The notes: generated by a model not told the origin, from the sequence alone. Numbered from the stretch's first letter, positions 36,771-49,249 are shown. The stretch: 64,000 bases of DNA from Candidatus Puniceispirillaceae bacterium (GCA_049890215.1 JBMHBX010000067.1:116-64115); one strand, 5' to 3'. Program-made: numbers and translations.

Positions 36771-37672
36771 TGGGCAATCTCCAATAAATGATTGACAAGT
36801 TCTTCACCCGAAATGCCCCGCCACAAAGCTTGTTCAGGCACAAGAGATGTGGCTGTCATACCTGGCTGTGTGTTGACCTCAAGCATGTAGAGTTGTTGTT
36901 TGGTCTCATCATAGCGGTAATCAGCTCTGGCAACGCCCCGGCAGCCAAGCAAATGAAAGGCACTTTCGGCCCATGACAGTGCTTGTGCCTCTATCTCTTT
37001 GGGAATATCAGCAGGCAGAATATGCTTTGATCCGCCGTGTTTATATTTGGCATCAAAATCATAAAATGCTTCATCTGTGGTGATTTCTGTGACGCCAAGG
37101 GCAGTGCCATCTAGCACAGAGACTGTTAATTCACGCCCCGGAATGTAAGCTTCGGCAAAAAGCTGAGTGCCAATGGCCCACAAATCATGTGAAGGAGGGG
37201 TGCTGCCTTGCTTGATGATTTGCACCCCAAAGCTTGACCCTTCATTGACAGGTTTGACGACATAATCGCCGTCATAATCTTGAACTTGTAACAGGCCATT
37301 ATCCTCATTCAGGGTCAGGCGCTGGGGAACAGCGATACCGGCAGTGCGGAAAAGCTGACGGGAAATCACCTTATTCATAGCCACAGCAGAGGCAACCACA
37401 CCGCTATGTGTGTAAGGGATACCCATAATATTCAGCAAACCCTGAACAGAGCCATCTTCGCCAATCTGACCATGAAGTGCATTATAAACGCGGCTTGGAT
37501 TTATCTCTTTCAGGCGGGTTTGGATATCACGATCAAATTCAACCTCTATTGCATCCCATCCGGCCCCTCTTGCTGCTTTGGCACAAAAAGCGGCTGATAC
37601 GCGGCTCACCGCCGCCTCTGACGTCCAACCGCCCATCAGGACCACCACTCTTTTTGGATCTGGTTCAAACAT
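36758..37672 (-). CDS. ddl: D-alanine--D-alanine ligase
   Basis: It has an ATP-grasp fold, VVVLMGGWTSE and LEVNTQPGMT. The ORF-track start at 37855 would run 190 nt into murB, so I trimmed it to the MFEPDPK Met at 37672. Confidence 0.92.
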   Translation of the reverse strand: MFEPDPKRVVVLMGGWTSEAAVSRVSAAFCAKAARGAGWDAIEVEFDRDIQTRLKEINPSRVYNALHGQIGEDGSVQGLLNIMGIPYTHSGVVASAVAMNKVISRQLFRTAGIAVPQRLTLNEDNGLLQVQDYDGDYVVKPVNEGSSFGVQIIKQGSTPPSHDLWAIGTQLFAEAYIPGRELTVSVLDGTALGVTEITTDEAFYDFDAKYKHGGSKHILPADIPKEIEAQALSWAESAFHLLGCRGVARADYRYDETKQQLYMLEVNTQPGMTATSLVPEQALWRGISGEELVNHLLEIAQCDD

Positions 37673-38630
37673 GTCTTGCTTCCTTATCAGCAGAATCCAG
37701 CATTTTATCGTCCGGTATTTTTTCGTCCTGAGTCTGTTTTTGGGGCAGTGCGCGGCCGAGGCGCCTGATTTCCCACCTGAGGTGAATACCGCTTTTATCA
37801 AGCACTCTGGCTCTGACAGTCTCACCAAGCGCCTCAATATCCCTGGCCGTGGCATGACCGTGATTGATCAGAAAATTACAATGCTTATCATTCATACTGG
37901 CATCACCAATGCGCAGGCCGCGGCAGCCTGCTTCATCAATCACCTGCCATGCCTTATGCCCCTCAGGATTGGCAAAAGTAGATCCGCCAGTGCGCACACC
38001 CTGCGGCTGTGTTCTGGCACGCATTTGCAGCATCTCTCTCATTTCCGCTTTGATTTGTGCGCTCTCACCCTTTGTGGTTCTGAAGGTGGCTGATAAAAAG
38101 ATCATCTGCTCATCGACATTAGTATGGCGATAGGCCATGCCCATTTCGAGCGGTGTCATCTGGTGGATAGTGCCCTGTTTGTCCATCATACGCGCGCTGA
38201 TAACAACATCCTTGAATTCAGAGCCATAACAGCCTGCATTCATACGAAGCCCGCCACCTATCGTGCCTGGAATTGATACAAGGAAAGAAAGCCCTGCCAT
38301 GTTATGGCGGGCGGCAAAACGCGCAAGATCAGCATCTGTCGCGCCTGCCCCTGCGATGATATGGTCTTGCTCACACGATAATTGCGAGAAGGCACCGCAA
38401 AGCCTTATGACCGCCCCTTCAATACCGCCATCTCTTATCAGCATATTAGAGCCGGCGCCCAAAATAGTGACAGGCATATCTTTTGGAATGGCTTTCAGGA
38501 ACGCAGCCAAATCAGCTTCGTCAGCTGGTTCAAAATAGAGATCAGCCTTACCACCCACACCAAGCCATGTGCGTGTTTCAAGCACCTCATCTGTCAGAAT
38601 AAGGCCGCGCAGGGCAGTGGTATCAATCAT
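37665..38630 (-). CDS. murB: UDP-N-acetylenolpyruvoylglucosamine reductase MurB
   Basis: It has the FAD-binding region [13 protein letters not shown] and the motif GGSTFANP. Confidence 0.93.
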   Translation of the reverse strand: MIDTTALRGLILTDEVLETRTWLGVGGKADLYFEPADEADLAAFLKAIPKDMPVTILGAGSNMLIRDGGIEGAVIRLCGAFSQLSCEQDHIIAGAGATDADLARFAARHNMAGLSFLVSIPGTIGGGLRMNAGCYGSEFKDVVISARMMDKQGTIHQMTPLEMGMAYRHTNVDEQMIFLSATFRTTKGESAQIKAEMREMLQMRARTQPQGVRTGGSTFANPEGHKAWQVIDEAGCRGLRIGDASMNDKHCNFLINHGHATARDIEALGETVRARVLDKSGIHLRWEIRRLGRALPQKQTQDEKIPDDKMLDSADKEARHV

Positions 38631-40057
38631 GATGCTGCTGCCCCCTTATCTAATAGAGACTCCAGTTCTGCCGGCAGACCGGCTGCCCAATTTGTGATAG
38701 AGCCGGCGCCAAGGCACATGACAATATCTCCTTTTTGGGCATGCTTTGCGACCATCTCAGCAAGTGCCTCTGGTGCTGAAAGGGCAAAAGTGTTGCGATG
38801 GCCGGAGGCTTGCAACCCTGCGACCAAATCATCTTTGCCAAAGCCGTCAATTGGCGCCTCTCCGGCGGCGTATACATCTGCGACAATGACGATATCTGCC
38901 TCATTAAAGCAGTGGCAGAAATCATCAAATAAATCTCTCAGCCGGCTATAGCGATGTGGTTGCACCACCGCGATTAATTTGCCGTCATTAACCTTCATGC
39001 GCCCTGCATTCAGGGCGGCTGAAATTTCAACAGGATGATGCCCGTAATCATCAATCACGGTAATGCCATGCGCCTGTCCTTTAATGTCAAAGCGTCTGCC
39101 AACCCCTTTGAATTGTGCAAGCGCATTGCGGATAACGTCATGATCAATGCCCATTTCAAGCGCAACAGATATAGCGGCAAGCGCATTTTGCACATTATGT
39201 CTGCCAAGCATAGGAAACCGAATATCGCTTATGATTTCAGCCTGACCCATCAGCCTGTCAGACAGATGGATATCAAACAGCATTTTATCATGATCATTTC
39301 TGATATTCACGGCCCTGACATCAGCCATGACAGAGACCCCATAAGAGATAATGCGCCTGTCTCTGATTTTCGGCATTAAGCGCTGCACCGCAGGATGGTC
39401 AATGCAAAGACTGGCAAATCCGTAAAAAGGAATAGAGGCCACGAAATGCTCAAACGCCTGTTCAAGCTTTTCATAATTGCCATGATGGTCAAGGTGCTCA
39501 GGGTCGATATTTGTGACAATGGCAGCCGTTGGCTTAAGGCGCGAAAACGACCCGTCACTCTCATCTGCCTCTACGACCATCCATTGCCCGGCGCCTAATT
39601 TAGCATTACTGCCCCAGCTATGAATAATGCCGCCATTGATAACGGTGGGATCAATCCGGGCCGCATCAAGCAAGGTTGCAACCAGTGAGGTTGTTGTTGT
39701 TTTCCCATGTGTGCCTGCGACCGCGACAGACCAGCGAAGGCGCATAAGCTCACCTAACATTTCAGCGCGATGCACCACAGGGATAAATCTCTCACGCGCT
39801 GCCATTAATTCTACATTATCAGGCTGAATGGCAGTTGAGATCACAACAATGGACACATCATTAATATTGCTTGCCTGTTGCGGGATCGTCACAGCGATCC
39901 CTTTTTCTCGCAGGCGTCTGACATTATTATTTTCAGCAATGTCAGATCCCTGAACCTGATATCCTAATTCTGCCAGAATTTCGGCAATCCCACTCATGCC
40001 GATCCCGCCGATACCGGTGAAATGGATTTTCCCAATGCTAAGAGGCAGAGCGGTCAT
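38627..40057 (-). CDS. murC: UDP-N-acetylmuramate--L-alanine ligase MurC
   Basis: Motifs [12 protein letters not shown] and GTHGKTTT are present. Confidence 0.95.
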   Translation of the reverse strand: MTALPLSIGKIHFTGIGGIGMSGIAEILAELGYQVQGSDIAENNNVRRLREKGIAVTIPQQASNINDVSIVVISTAIQPDNVELMAARERFIPVVHRAEMLGELMRLRWSVAVAGTHGKTTTTSLVATLLDAARIDPTVINGGIIHSWGSNAKLGAGQWMVVEADESDGSFSRLKPTAAIVTNIDPEHLDHHGNYEKLEQAFEHFVASIPFYGFASLCIDHPAVQRLMPKIRDRRIISYGVSVMADVRAVNIRNDHDKMLFDIHLSDRLMGQAEIISDIRFPMLGRHNVQNALAAISVALEMGIDHDVIRNALAQFKGVGRRFDIKGQAHGITVIDDYGHHPVEISAALNAGRMKVNDGKLIAVVQPHRYSRLRDLFDDFCHCFNEADIVIVADVYAAGEAPIDGFGKDDLVAGLQASGHRNTFALSAPEALAEMVAKHAQKGDIVMCLGAGSITNWAAGLPAELESLLDKGAAAS

Positions 40058-41142
40058 TGAACCTCTCCTGTGACAGCAGATGTTGATAAAGGCAGGCCAG
40101 TCAGCCCGGCAATGGCAGAGGCGGCGCCTTCCTCGGACAGCGTTTTGGCAGTTTCTGCCATTTTGGTGCGTTTATCTGGCTGGCTGATAAGCACAGATAA
40201 GATAGCCGCCAGCTTGTCAGCGCTTGCGTCTTTTTCAGCTATCAGATAAGCGCCGCCCTGATCAGATAATTGTCTGGCATTGCCTGTTTGATGATCATCA
40301 AGCGCCCCTGCAAAAGGCACTAAAATGCTTGGTCTGCCGGCGCTTGCAATCTCTGCAACTGAAGAGGCACCTGCCCGGCTGATGATGATATCAGAGCGGC
40401 GATATAAATCTGCCATATCATGATAAAAACGCGCGACCTCTGCTTTAACGCCGAGCGCCTTATAGGCTTGTTGTAACAGGCTGACATGCTCATCACGGCA
40501 TTGTTGTGATATGCGGATTGTGCGCTTGTCGCTTGGGCGTAGTTGTGAAATTGCCTCTGGTACAATATCGGCGAAAATCTGGGCGCCAAGAGAGCCGCCT
40601 ATGATGGTGATATGACAGCTATCTGATGGCTGATAGGCAGCGATTTCATGGAATTGGCCTCTGACAGGCAGGCCGGTAATTGCCTGCGGGCATGTTTGCG
40701 GCGCGCCTTTGGTATCAGCAAAGGTAAGCGCAATATGATGGGCAAATTTACCAAGCAGACGATTGGCACGTCCCATAATGGCGTTTTGTTCATGCAAAAT
40801 ACATTTTGCACCCATCAGGCGCCCTGCCATCAAAGGTGCCAAAGACGGATAACCACCAAAGCCAATCACACAAGCAGGACGTGACAGGGCAAAACTGGCA
40901 AGTGATTGCAACAGGCCAAATGCAAGGCGTATCAGCCCTGTAAGCTTTGAAAGGAGCCCTGAATTGAAAGGAGACGCAGAGCTGATTTGCCGATAGGTGA
41001 TTTTGCCATCCACCATCGCAACGCCTCTTTTGTCCGTGAATAAAATCACCTGATGACCAGCCGTCTCAAGGATTTCGGCAACCGCCAAAGCAGGGAAGAT
41101 ATGGCCACCTGTTCCACCGGCGGCAAGAATAACCTTAGCCAT
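40054..41142 (-). CDS. murG: Undecaprenyldiphospho-muramoylpentapeptide beta-N-acetylglucosaminyltransferase MurG
   Basis: It has the N-terminal motif [13 protein letters not shown] and lies in the murG position of the dcw order. Confidence 0.93.
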   Translation of the reverse strand: MAKVILAAGGTGGHIFPALAVAEILETAGHQVILFTDKRGVAMVDGKITYRQISSASPFNSGLLSKLTGLIRLAFGLLQSLASFALSRPACVIGFGGYPSLAPLMAGRLMGAKCILHEQNAIMGRANRLLGKFAHHIALTFADTKGAPQTCPQAITGLPVRGQFHEIAAYQPSDSCHITIIGGSLGAQIFADIVPEAISQLRPSDKRTIRISQQCRDEHVSLLQQAYKALGVKAEVARFYHDMADLYRRSDIIISRAGASSVAEIASAGRPSILVPFAGALDDHQTGNARQLSDQGGAYLIAEKDASADKLAAILSVLISQPDKRTKMAETAKTLSEEGAASAIAGLTGLPLSTSAVTGEVQ

Positions 41143-42247
41143 CCAAGCCTCCCTCTCTTTGTCTTCGTCTGGTCAAAGCAAGCAGCATCCCAATTGTAAT
41201 ACCACTGGCAAGCAAAGAAGAGCCGCCATAGCTGATAAGTGGCAAAGTCATGCCTTTGGTAGGGATCAAATCAACTGATGAGGCCATATGGATGGCAGCC
41301 TGCAAGCCAAATTGCATGGCAAGGCCGGCCCCGGCAATCAGGCAGAATAAATTATCACCTGCCGCAGAGCGCTCAAATCCGCGAAAGACGGTAAAGCCAT
41401 ATAGCGCAATAATGCCAAGACATACCAACAGCCCATATTCTTCGGCAGCAACAGAAAAAATAAAATCAGCATGCGCATCAGGCAGATATTCTTTAACTTT
41501 GCCATCACCTGGCCCAACACCCAAAAAGCCCCCATCTGCAAATGATCTGATCGATAATTCAGATTGCATCGAGCCGCCATCAAAGAATTTGGTAATGCGT
41601 GATTTTACATGGTCCAGATAATGATAGGCCGCAAATAAGGCGATAGGGGCAAGGCCAATGGCGATTAGAACAAGCAACAAAGGCATGCCTGCCAAAAATG
41701 TCTGGAAACCCCAGGTCATTGCGATAACAGATGTCATGCCAATATCAGGTTGCAAAACCAATATGGCAATGATGATCCCTGCCAGGCTTGTTGCCCATGC
41801 CCAGCCCGGGAAATCGTCATCTTCACGCCATAAAGATAACAACCACGCACAGACAACAGCAAAAAGAGGCTTCGCAAATTCAGACGGCTGTAAATTCACA
41901 GGGCCAATGGTAATCCATCTTGTTGCCCCTTTTACTTCCGGACCAAGGATGAGTGTAAGGCTCATGAGCCCAATCACCCCTAACAGGCCGATCAAAGATA
42001 AAATCCGAATAAGGCGCGGACTCATGAAAGACAGAACAAAAATCGCGACCGCCGCCGGTGCCAGATAGATAAGTTGGCGCCAAACAAAATGGAATTCAGG
42101 CAAAGAAATGCGTGTGGCAACAGGCGGGCTTGCTGCCATGACCATTAAGGTGCCGATCACCATTAATAAGATAGCGGCCATAAGAAGCCACCTGTCGACT
42201 GTCCACCACCAAACACCCAAAAGAGATCTGTCTGTTCTACCGAGCAT
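41135..42247 (-). CDS. ftsW: SEDS-family peptidoglycan polymerase FtsW
   Basis: It is polytopic with about 10 TM segments. SEDS motifs QPSEFAK and LPLISYGGSS are present. Confidence 0.93.
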   Translation of the reverse strand: MLGRTDRSLLGVWWWTVDRWLLMAAILLMVIGTLMVMAASPPVATRISLPEFHFVWRQLIYLAPAAVAIFVLSFMSPRLIRILSLIGLLGVIGLMSLTLILGPEVKGATRWITIGPVNLQPSEFAKPLFAVVCAWLLSLWREDDDFPGWAWATSLAGIIIAILVLQPDIGMTSVIAMTWGFQTFLAGMPLLLVLIAIGLAPIALFAAYHYLDHVKSRITKFFDGGSMQSELSIRSFADGGFLGVGPGDGKVKEYLPDAHADFIFSVAAEEYGLLVCLGIIALYGFTVFRGFERSAAGDNLFCLIAGAGLAMQFGLQAAIHMASSVDLIPTKGMTLPLISYGGSSLLASGITIGMLLALTRRRQREGGLDG

Positions 42248-43565
42248 GGCTGACCTCCTTTAAGGGCTGATGATGTGTGTCAATAAAGGCCTTGGTCAGC
42301 TTGGCAAAATGATCACCCCGCATGCCAAAATTGGCGAATTGATCAAATGAAGCCGCTGCCGGAGATAACAGAACAACTTCAGTCCCATCCAACATATCGG
42401 TTGCATGGGCAAAAGCCTCATCAAGTGTGTCATGATAATGGCAGGTGATATGATCTTTGGCCTGTTCATAAAATGCTTTGGCAGATTCACCAAAGAAATG
42501 GGCTTTGCGTATATGATGAAAATAAGGGGTGCAGGCAGACAGACCCTCTGCTTTGGCGCGCCCGCCGGCAAGCCAGATTATGCTTTCAAACGCAGATAAG
42601 GCCTTGGCGGTGGCATCCCCATTTGTTGCTTTGGAATCATTGATAAAGGGCGTGCCATTGTGGCTGCCAACCGGTTGCAAGCGATGAGGCAGACCAATAA
42701 AGGAGGTTATTGCCTGTTCCATGATATCGCCTGAGACCCCGAAATGACTTGCTATTGCAAGGGCAAAAGCAATGTTCTGCTGATTATGAAGGCCGGCAAG
42801 ATACGGGTTTTGACATAAAGAGGATGGCAGTGATTTGCCGCTAATGGCCTCAATCTGACAGGATAGGTTATCATGCGCCCACGCAAGGACGTCTTTCATA
42901 ATTGGCCCTTCATCACCTATTAGCGCAAGACCGTCCGGCCTTATTGTGATGAGGCTTTGTTTTTTGGCGCTGATATAGCCGTCAAGGCCGCCATGCCGGT
43001 CAAGATGATCCGGCGTAATATTCAGCAATGCTGAAACCTTTGGTGCCAGAGATGGTGTGGTTTCAAGCTGATAGGATGATAATTCCAGCACAGTGAAGCC
43101 ATCTGTTTGTTCCGGCAATGCGCATAAAGGTGTTCCCAGATTGCCGCCAATACCCACCGACAGACCTGCTTCTTTGAGGATATGGCCTGTCAGGGCTGTT
43201 GTTGTGGATTTGCCATTTGTGCCGGTGATGATGATCATCTCACCCCAATTGCCGGTACGAAGGCCAAATTCGACTTCTGAGATAATTTCCACCTGATGAT
43301 CTTGCGCCATCTTGGCAACAGGATGGGGGGCAGGGTGGTGATGGGCAATGCCAGGGCTGAGGATAAGCGCCTCAATCTGAGAGAAATCCCACTCTTGGAA
43401 GGATATAAAATCATGATCTGCAATCGTCTCATAAGCTGTCATATGGTCATCATCAATGACACAAGATATCCCTAAATCACGCGCACGCGCATAGGCCGCA
43501 CGTCCTGACAGGCCGGCGCCGAAAATCGCGATATGCTGAAAAGATGTCTTATGCCTCATTGTCAT
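42237..43565 (-). CDS. murD: UDP-N-acetylmuramoylalanine--D-glutamate ligase MurD
   Basis: Motifs IFGAGLSGRA and GTNGKSTT are present. The start was trimmed to the Met at MTMRHK, because the ORF-track start would overlap mraY by 88 nt. Confidence 0.9.
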   Translation of the reverse strand: MTMRHKTSFQHIAIFGAGLSGRAAYARARDLGISCVIDDDHMTAYETIADHDFISFQEWDFSQIEALILSPGIAHHHPAPHPVAKMAQDHQVEIISEVEFGLRTGNWGEMIIITGTNGKSTTTALTGHILKEAGLSVGIGGNLGTPLCALPEQTDGFTVLELSSYQLETTPSLAPKVSALLNITPDHLDRHGGLDGYISAKKQSLITIRPDGLALIGDEGPIMKDVLAWAHDNLSCQIEAISGKSLPSSLCQNPYLAGLHNQQNIAFALAIASHFGVSGDIMEQAITSFIGLPHRLQPVGSHNGTPFINDSKATNGDATAKALSAFESIIWLAGGRAKAEGLSACTPYFHHIRKAHFFGESAKAFYEQAKDHITCHYHDTLDEAFAHATDMLDGTEVVLLSPAAASFDQFANFGMRGDHFAKLTKAFIDTHHQPLKEVSHAR

Positions 43566-43582
43566 GATGATGAAATGGCCTC

Positions 43583-44671
43583 CTATCTCAGCTTTAGGGT
43601 TGACAGGGCGACAAGCGCCAAAATGACAGAGATGATCCAAAACCGAATGACGATGGTCGGTTCTGCCCATCCCTTTTTCTCAAAATGATGATGAAGGGGC
43701 GCCATCAGGAAGATACGCTTACCTGTTAATTTGAATGAGGCGACTTGCAGGATAACAGAGACGGTTTCAAGCACAAATAAACCACCTGTGATGGCAAGAA
43801 CCAATTCGTGACGTGTGGCAACTGATATCACCCCCAAAGTGCCGCCAAGGGCAAGCGAGCCTGTATCTCCCATAAAGACTTTAGCAGGCGGTGCATTAAA
43901 CCATAAAAAGCCAAGGCCGCCGCCAATGAGCGCCCCGCATACCACCGCCAATTCACCTGTTCCGGCAATGTAGTTTATTTGCAGATAATCAGCGAAGTTC
44001 AGATTACCTGACAAATAGGCAATCAGGGCAAATACAGAGGCCGCTATCATCACAGGCACAATGGCAAGCCCGTCTAGCCCGTCTGTCAGATTGACAGCGT
44101 TCGATGCGCCAACAATGACCACAAGGGCAAAGGGCACATAAAAATAAGACAGATATAATAGAGTGTCTTTCAGGAAAGGCAGTGCAATGCCATAACGCAA
44201 TTCTTCTGGTGACAGTTCCACCAGATATAAGGTCGCAAGCAGTGCTAACATAATTTGCAGCATAAATTTCTGATAAGAGCGCAAACCAGCTGAGCTTCGT
44301 TTTTTCAGCTTTAGCCAGTCATCAATAGCGCCTATGGCGCCAAAGCCGGTTGCGACAATCAGAACAGGCCATAAATAGCTGTTATCGAGCGGTACCCATA
44401 ATAAGGTAGATATCACAAACACCCCTAAAATCAGCAAACCGCCCATGGTTGGTGTGCCGGCTTTTGTTAATATATGACTTTCAGGCCCGTCTGAGCGAAT
44501 AGGCTGACCTTCTGCCTGATGCGATTTCAGCCATCTGATAAAGGCCTCACCAAATAACAGGCTCAGCAACAACGCGGTCATGACAGCGCCGCCTGTACGA
44601 AAGGTCAGATACCGGAACAGATTTAGCGGCTGAAACTGATCAGCAAAGGGCAATAGAAGGTCAGGTAACAT
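43583..44671 (-). CDS. mraY: Phospho-N-acetylmuramoyl-pentapeptide transferase MraY
   Basis: It has FRYLTFR and [13 protein letters not shown] and is polytopic. The start was chosen at the Met 6 nt after GGAGG. Confidence 0.95.
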   Translation of the reverse strand: MLPDLLLPFADQFQPLNLFRYLTFRTGGAVMTALLLSLLFGEAFIRWLKSHQAEGQPIRSDGPESHILTKAGTPTMGGLLILGVFVISTLLWVPLDNSYLWPVLIVATGFGAIGAIDDWLKLKKRSSAGLRSYQKFMLQIMLALLATLYLVELSPEELRYGIALPFLKDTLLYLSYFYVPFALVVIVGASNAVNLTDGLDGLAIVPVMIAASVFALIAYLSGNLNFADYLQINYIAGTGELAVVCGALIGGGLGFLWFNAPPAKVFMGDTGSLALGGTLGVISVATRHELVLAITGGLFVLETVSVILQVASFKLTGKRIFLMAPLHHHFEKKGWAEPTIVIRFWIISVILALVALSTLKLR

Positions 44672-46076
44672 CATGCGCCTCCGCTTTATCATTTTGTATG
44701 GTAAGGGCGCTCAGCAATCGCGCCATCTGCGGCGCACCAGAGCCATTTGACCCTTTGATGAGAATCAAGTCGCAATCTGCTAACAGGCCATGCAGCTTAT
44801 CCTTTGCCTCATCTGCAGAGCCAAAGGCAGAGATATCGCCGTCTATGTGAATAGAAGAAGCAAGCGCTGACATTGCAGGCCCAATCAGAATAAGACGCTG
44901 AGGGCCGGTTGCCCTAATCAGCGGGATCAAAGATTGATGCGCCTCATCACTCATATGCCCTAATTCAAGCATATCTGTCAGAACAATGCCTTTTTTGGCA
45001 TGTGTCAGGCTTGCAATATGCTGTAAAGAGGCTGCCATAGAAGCAGGGCCGGCATTGTAGCTGTCATTGATAAATAAGGCAGTTTTCTGGCCTAGATTTA
45101 CAAAGCTCTGATCACCGCGCCCTGTGACCTCTTGTAACTGTGCCAGCTTTGTTTCTGCCATCTGCCATGGCAGGGATAAAGCATGTAAAGTCGCAATCGC
45201 AATCATCGCTGTGGTGGCATGATGAGGGGCTGACAAGCCAAGGGTGAAAGTCAGACTCTCGCCGCTTAAGTGGTTATAAAGGCTCAATGACTGGCCTTTT
45301 TCAAGACTGGCCTGTTTGATAAGCTGTATATCTGCCCCTTTGCCTGTCCCAAAAGTGATGAGGTGAAGGCCTTTGGCTTTGGCTTTATCACGCAAAATAT
45401 CGAAATGCGCATCATCATAAGGCAAAATAGCTGTGCCATCTGTCATGCCATCAAAAATCTCAGCTTTGGCACAAGCAATATCACCAAGGCTGTCAAAATG
45501 CCCGATATGGCTATTGGCGATTTTGGTAATGATCGCAACATCACCATGATAAAGATACGAAAGAGGGCTAATCTCACCTTTGTGATTCATGCCCATTTCC
45601 ATGACAATCAAATCACAATCATCTGGTGTTCTTGCCATCGATAGGGGGGCGCCAATGTGATTATTATAATTACCCCGGCTGGCATGGCAGTTGCCATAAC
45701 ATGATAAAATAGTATCAAGCGCCTCTTTGGTGCTTGTTTTGCCAACAGAGCCTGTGATGGCAATTTTCTTTGCCGTTGTTTGCGCCATGGCGGCTTTGGC
45801 AATATCATGCAGTGCTGATAATGTATCAGGGACTTTTAACTGAGCGCAACATGCGCCGTCAAATTGACGTGATACAAGTGCGCAGTGGCCCATCGTTAAA
45901 TCAGCCACAAAGTCATGGCCATCATGATGATTGCCTTTCAAGGCAATAAACAGGCCTGTTTTATCAAGATTACGATGGTCAATTTCCACCTGTTCAAGTG
46001 GCAAAACAGGCGCTGGCCCGTGCCAGATGCCAGAGGTAATTTGCGCCAAATCTGAGGCTGTCCAATTTGTGATCAT
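44661..46076 (-). CDS. murF: UDP-N-acetylmuramoyl-tripeptide--D-alanyl-D-alanine ligase MurF
   Basis: It has the Mur ligase P-loop [10 protein letters not shown] and lies between murE and mraY. Confidence 0.92.
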   Translation of the reverse strand: MITNWTASDLAQITSGIWHGPAPVLPLEQVEIDHRNLDKTGLFIALKGNHHDGHDFVADLTMGHCALVSRQFDGACCAQLKVPDTLSALHDIAKAAMAQTTAKKIAITGSVGKTSTKEALDTILSCYGNCHASRGNYNNHIGAPLSMARTPDDCDLIVMEMGMNHKGEISPLSYLYHGDVAIITKIANSHIGHFDSLGDIACAKAEIFDGMTDGTAILPYDDAHFDILRDKAKAKGLHLITFGTGKGADIQLIKQASLEKGQSLSLYNHLSGESLTFTLGLSAPHHATTAMIAIATLHALSLPWQMAETKLAQLQEVTGRGDQSFVNLGQKTALFINDSYNAGPASMAASLQHIASLTHAKKGIVLTDMLELGHMSDEAHQSLIPLIRATGPQRLILIGPAMSALASSIHIDGDISAFGSADEAKDKLHGLLADCDLILIKGSNGSGAPQMARLLSALTIQNDKAEAHDVT

Positions 46077-47560
46077 GCACCCCCCTTTGCCGGCAAAAAG
46101 GCAAGGGCTGCGCGCGCTACCGCCGCATCATCAAAAGGAAGCGTCTCATGACCTACGGTTTGTGTGGTCTCATGCCCTTTACCGGCAATCAAAAGACAAT
46201 CACCTTCTTTTAAGGAATCAATGGCCACTTGGATAGCAGCTTTACGATTAGCGATTTCTGTGAATTTTTCCGGTTTGTCTGCCATGATGGCAGCGCGGAT
46301 AGCGGCCGGATCTTCACTTCGCGGATTATCATCAGTGATATAAATATGATCAGCAAATGCAAGCGCCTGTGCGCCCATCATCTCTCTTTTTCCGGCATCT
46401 CTGTCACCGCCGCAACCAAACAGGACATGTAAATCACCTGTTGTCTCTTCGCGCAATAATCGCAAAGCATTGGCAAGCGCATCAGGCGTATGGGCATAAT
46501 CAACCAGAATACGGGCGTTTAACGGGTGGCCATGAACAGGCTGCATGCGCCCTGCAATGGGCTGTAAATGCGGCAGAGCGCCAAGAGCATCATGAAGTGA
46601 CAGGCCCGACAAATGCGCAAGCAAAGCGGCCAATATTGCATTCTCAGCCTGAAAACGCCCCATCAAAGCAATCGGGTATTGATAGGATTTGCCGTCATAA
46701 ATAATATGTGAATCAAAGCCATAATCTCTTGGCTTGAGGTCTTTTATCTGCAGATCTGCCCCATCAGAGGCACCGATGGTTTTGATCACAAGAGGCCTGT
46801 CTTTGATAGCCTTTGTGATTTTTTTACCATAAGGGTCATCATGATTAATCACGGCCGCACCACCATCTGGCAGAAGGTGGGTAAACAGGCGCAATTTTGC
46901 CTTAAAATACTGGTCCATTGTGCCATGGTAATCAAGATGATCCCGGCTCAGATTGGTAAAGCCCGCAACATGTATCGGCAAAGGGGCAAGCCTGTCTTGC
47001 GCTATGCCATGAGATGAGGCCTCTAGTGCAATGCAACGCACCGACTGGCGTGCCAGCTCATCTATGACACGGAACAAATCTTCAGCGCCGGGCGTGGTAA
47101 GCCCTGATGTGGCAAGATGCGGTGTATCAAGGCTTTGTCCTGATTGTGCTGTTTTTGCGCCTAATGTGCCGATAGAAGCGGCCGGCCAGGTAGCTCTTTG
47201 CCATATTTGTCTGACAAATTCTGCCACAGATGTTTTGCCATTTGTGCCGGTGATGGCAATCTGGATGGCAGGGCGTTTTGGCCAGAACCTGGCACAGGCA
47301 AAAGCATAATCATAACGCAGTTGTGGCGAACACAGATAAGGCACAGATAAGCCATCTAACGCAGCCTCGCCGATGATAGCACAGGCGCCATTATCAATCG
47401 CCGCCTGAATATAATCATGCCCGTCATGATCATGACCTTTGATGGCAACAAATACCATGCCGGGGCGAATGCGCCGTGAATCAGCGCTAATGCCTGTAAC
47501 CCCAACAGACGCCTCAGGCTCATTCATCATGATGTCAGGGAACAGATTACAAAGCTTCAC
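46073..47560 (-). CDS. murE: UDP-N-acetylmuramoyl-L-alanyl-D-glutamate--2,6-diaminopimelate ligase MurE
   Basis: It has GTNGKTS and the DAP-specificity-type motif DNPRSEDP. Confidence 0.93.
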   Translation of the reverse strand: MKLCNLFPDIMMNEPEASVGVTGISADSRRIRPGMVFVAIKGHDHDGHDYIQAAIDNGACAIIGEAALDGLSVPYLCSPQLRYDYAFACARFWPKRPAIQIAITGTNGKTSVAEFVRQIWQRATWPAASIGTLGAKTAQSGQSLDTPHLATSGLTTPGAEDLFRVIDELARQSVRCIALEASSHGIAQDRLAPLPIHVAGFTNLSRDHLDYHGTMDQYFKAKLRLFTHLLPDGGAAVINHDDPYGKKITKAIKDRPLVIKTIGASDGADLQIKDLKPRDYGFDSHIIYDGKSYQYPIALMGRFQAENAILAALLAHLSGLSLHDALGALPHLQPIAGRMQPVHGHPLNARILVDYAHTPDALANALRLLREETTGDLHVLFGCGGDRDAGKREMMGAQALAFADHIYITDDNPRSEDPAAIRAAIMADKPEKFTEIANRKAAIQVAIDSLKEGDCLLIAGKGHETTQTVGHETLPFDDAAVARAALAFLPAKGGA

Positions 47561-49247
47561 TGCCTACCTCCTCTTTGCCAATCCGAATATTTGGCACAAG
47601 ATTCTGGCGAATTTCTGGCGCTGTTTCATCAACAGGCAAGACACCAAGCTTTGGGGCGATTTGTTCAACAATTTGTTTGACCGCAGGCGCTGCCACCCAG
47701 CCCGCTGTGGCATAATTATGAGAGAATTTTTGTCCCTTTGGCTCATCCACCATGACAAAAATCAGATAGGCCGGATCATGGGCAGGGAAGGTGCCAACAA
47801 ACGAGACCATATTTTTCTTTTTGTTATAGCGGCCATTTTCCACTTTTTCCGCAGTCCCTGTTTTGCCGCCGACAAGATAGCCGGGCGCTTCGGCAAAATT
47901 ACCTGTGCCAGCTTTATGAGAGACCACAAGGCGCATCATGCTTCTCACAGCTTTGACATGTTCTTCTGAAAAGATACGTTCTTTCATAATAGGGTCTTGC
48001 GGATTGCGTTTCAGCAAAGTTGGCTGACGGTAAATGCCGTCACCTGATGCTGCCGCGATGGCAGCAGAGGCATGGACAGGCGTTACCGAAATGCCATGAC
48101 CAAATGATATCGTCATAGATTGCACACGTTCCCAATAGCGCGGTGGCAGGGGATTTGATACTTCGGGAAGTTCCAAAGACAGCCTGTCAAGAAGGCCAAG
48201 GCGCCTCATATAAGCTTTTTGGGTCTCTCCGCCAATGGCATCAGCTATGCGCGCAGATCCGATATTTGATGAATAAACCAATATTTCTGACAAGCTCAAA
48301 TCACGCTTCATCATATGGAAATCAGCAATGCGATGACCGCCAATAAATAGCGGCTTTGAGACCTGATAATGTTGGCCCATTCTGGCCGCGCCTGATTCAA
48401 GTGCGATGGCGGTATTCAGCACCTTGAAAATGGAGCCCATTTCAAAAACACCTTTGGTGGCTCTGTTGAAGCGGGCATCATCAACCGCAGCGCCAAAATG
48501 ATTTGGGTTGAAATCTGGCAATGAGGTCAGGCCAAGCAATTCACCAGTCTTCATATCAAGAACCAAACCGGCGCCGCCTATGGCCTCAAAGGCGGTGATT
48601 TGTTTTTGGATTTCTGCGCGCAATATGGCCTGCACACCAACATCAATGGATAAAGCCACAGGCTTGCCTTCTTTGAGGCTTGCATCAAATTGTTTTTCAA
48701 TGCCTGCCAGACCATTGCCGTCAATATCCACTGTGCCAAGGATATGGGCGGCTTCATTGCCATGCGGATATAGCCTTGTTTTGGTGGGCGTCATGGCAAT
48801 GCCAGGCAGGCCAAGGCGCATGATCTGTTTTTGCCTGTGATGGGTCAGGCGTCTTTCAAGCTCTATATAGCGTGTCTTTTTGGCAAAATGGCTTAACAAG
48901 CGCTCTTCAGACCATTTCGGCAATAAAGGCGCCAGCTTTTCAGCTGTTTCAAACGGGTCCAGAATTAATTTGGGATCAGCATGCAAAATCATCACAGGCA
49001 AAGAGGTGGCAAGCACTTTGCCATGCCGGTCTGTGATGATACCGCGTTCAATGGCCGCTTTTTGCGGGCTTCTGAATTGTGAGCGTAAATCGGCATTTGT
49101 AGCAAGATAAAAGGCTTTTGCGCCAATGGTGCCAAAACATAAAAAGGCCAAAAATGACCCGAACCATAGCCGCCCGACCGCAATACGCTTTGATTGCGCC
49201 GGTTGCGGCTTTGATGGCCAGATGATTTTACGCCATGATTGCGCCAT
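47547..49247 (-). CDS. ftsI: Division-specific class B penicillin-binding protein FtsI (PBP3)
   Basis: It has an N-terminal TM segment and the transpeptidase motifs SIFK (SxxK), SSN and KTGT. Confidence 0.93.
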   Translation of the reverse strand: MAQSWRKIIWPSKPQPAQSKRIAVGRLWFGSFLAFLCFGTIGAKAFYLATNADLRSQFRSPQKAAIERGIITDRHGKVLATSLPVMILHADPKLILDPFETAEKLAPLLPKWSEERLLSHFAKKTRYIELERRLTHHRQKQIMRLGLPGIAMTPTKTRLYPHGNEAAHILGTVDIDGNGLAGIEKQFDASLKEGKPVALSIDVGVQAILRAEIQKQITAFEAIGGAGLVLDMKTGELLGLTSLPDFNPNHFGAAVDDARFNRATKGVFEMGSIFKVLNTAIALESGAARMGQHYQVSKPLFIGGHRIADFHMMKRDLSLSEILVYSSNIGSARIADAIGGETQKAYMRRLGLLDRLSLELPEVSNPLPPRYWERVQSMTISFGHGISVTPVHASAAIAAASGDGIYRQPTLLKRNPQDPIMKERIFSEEHVKAVRSMMRLVVSHKAGTGNFAEAPGYLVGGKTGTAEKVENGRYNKKKNMVSFVGTFPAHDPAYLIFVMVDEPKGQKFSHNYATAGWVAAPAVKQIVEQIAPKLGVLPVDETAPEIRQNLVPNIRIGKEEVGSEAL

Positions 49248-49249
49248 TG

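Noticed and set aside
36758-37855. Long N-terminal extensions in the ORF track for ddl, serC (10203), lpxC (32670), murD (43670), uxuA (57854), pal (2213), cpoB (2995), bamD (31538), hisZ (13237) and ettA (18622).
   Set aside because: The extensions overlap the upstream gene or precede a canonical family N-terminus, signal peptide or SD-ATG. The starts were trimmed rather than treated as novel domains.
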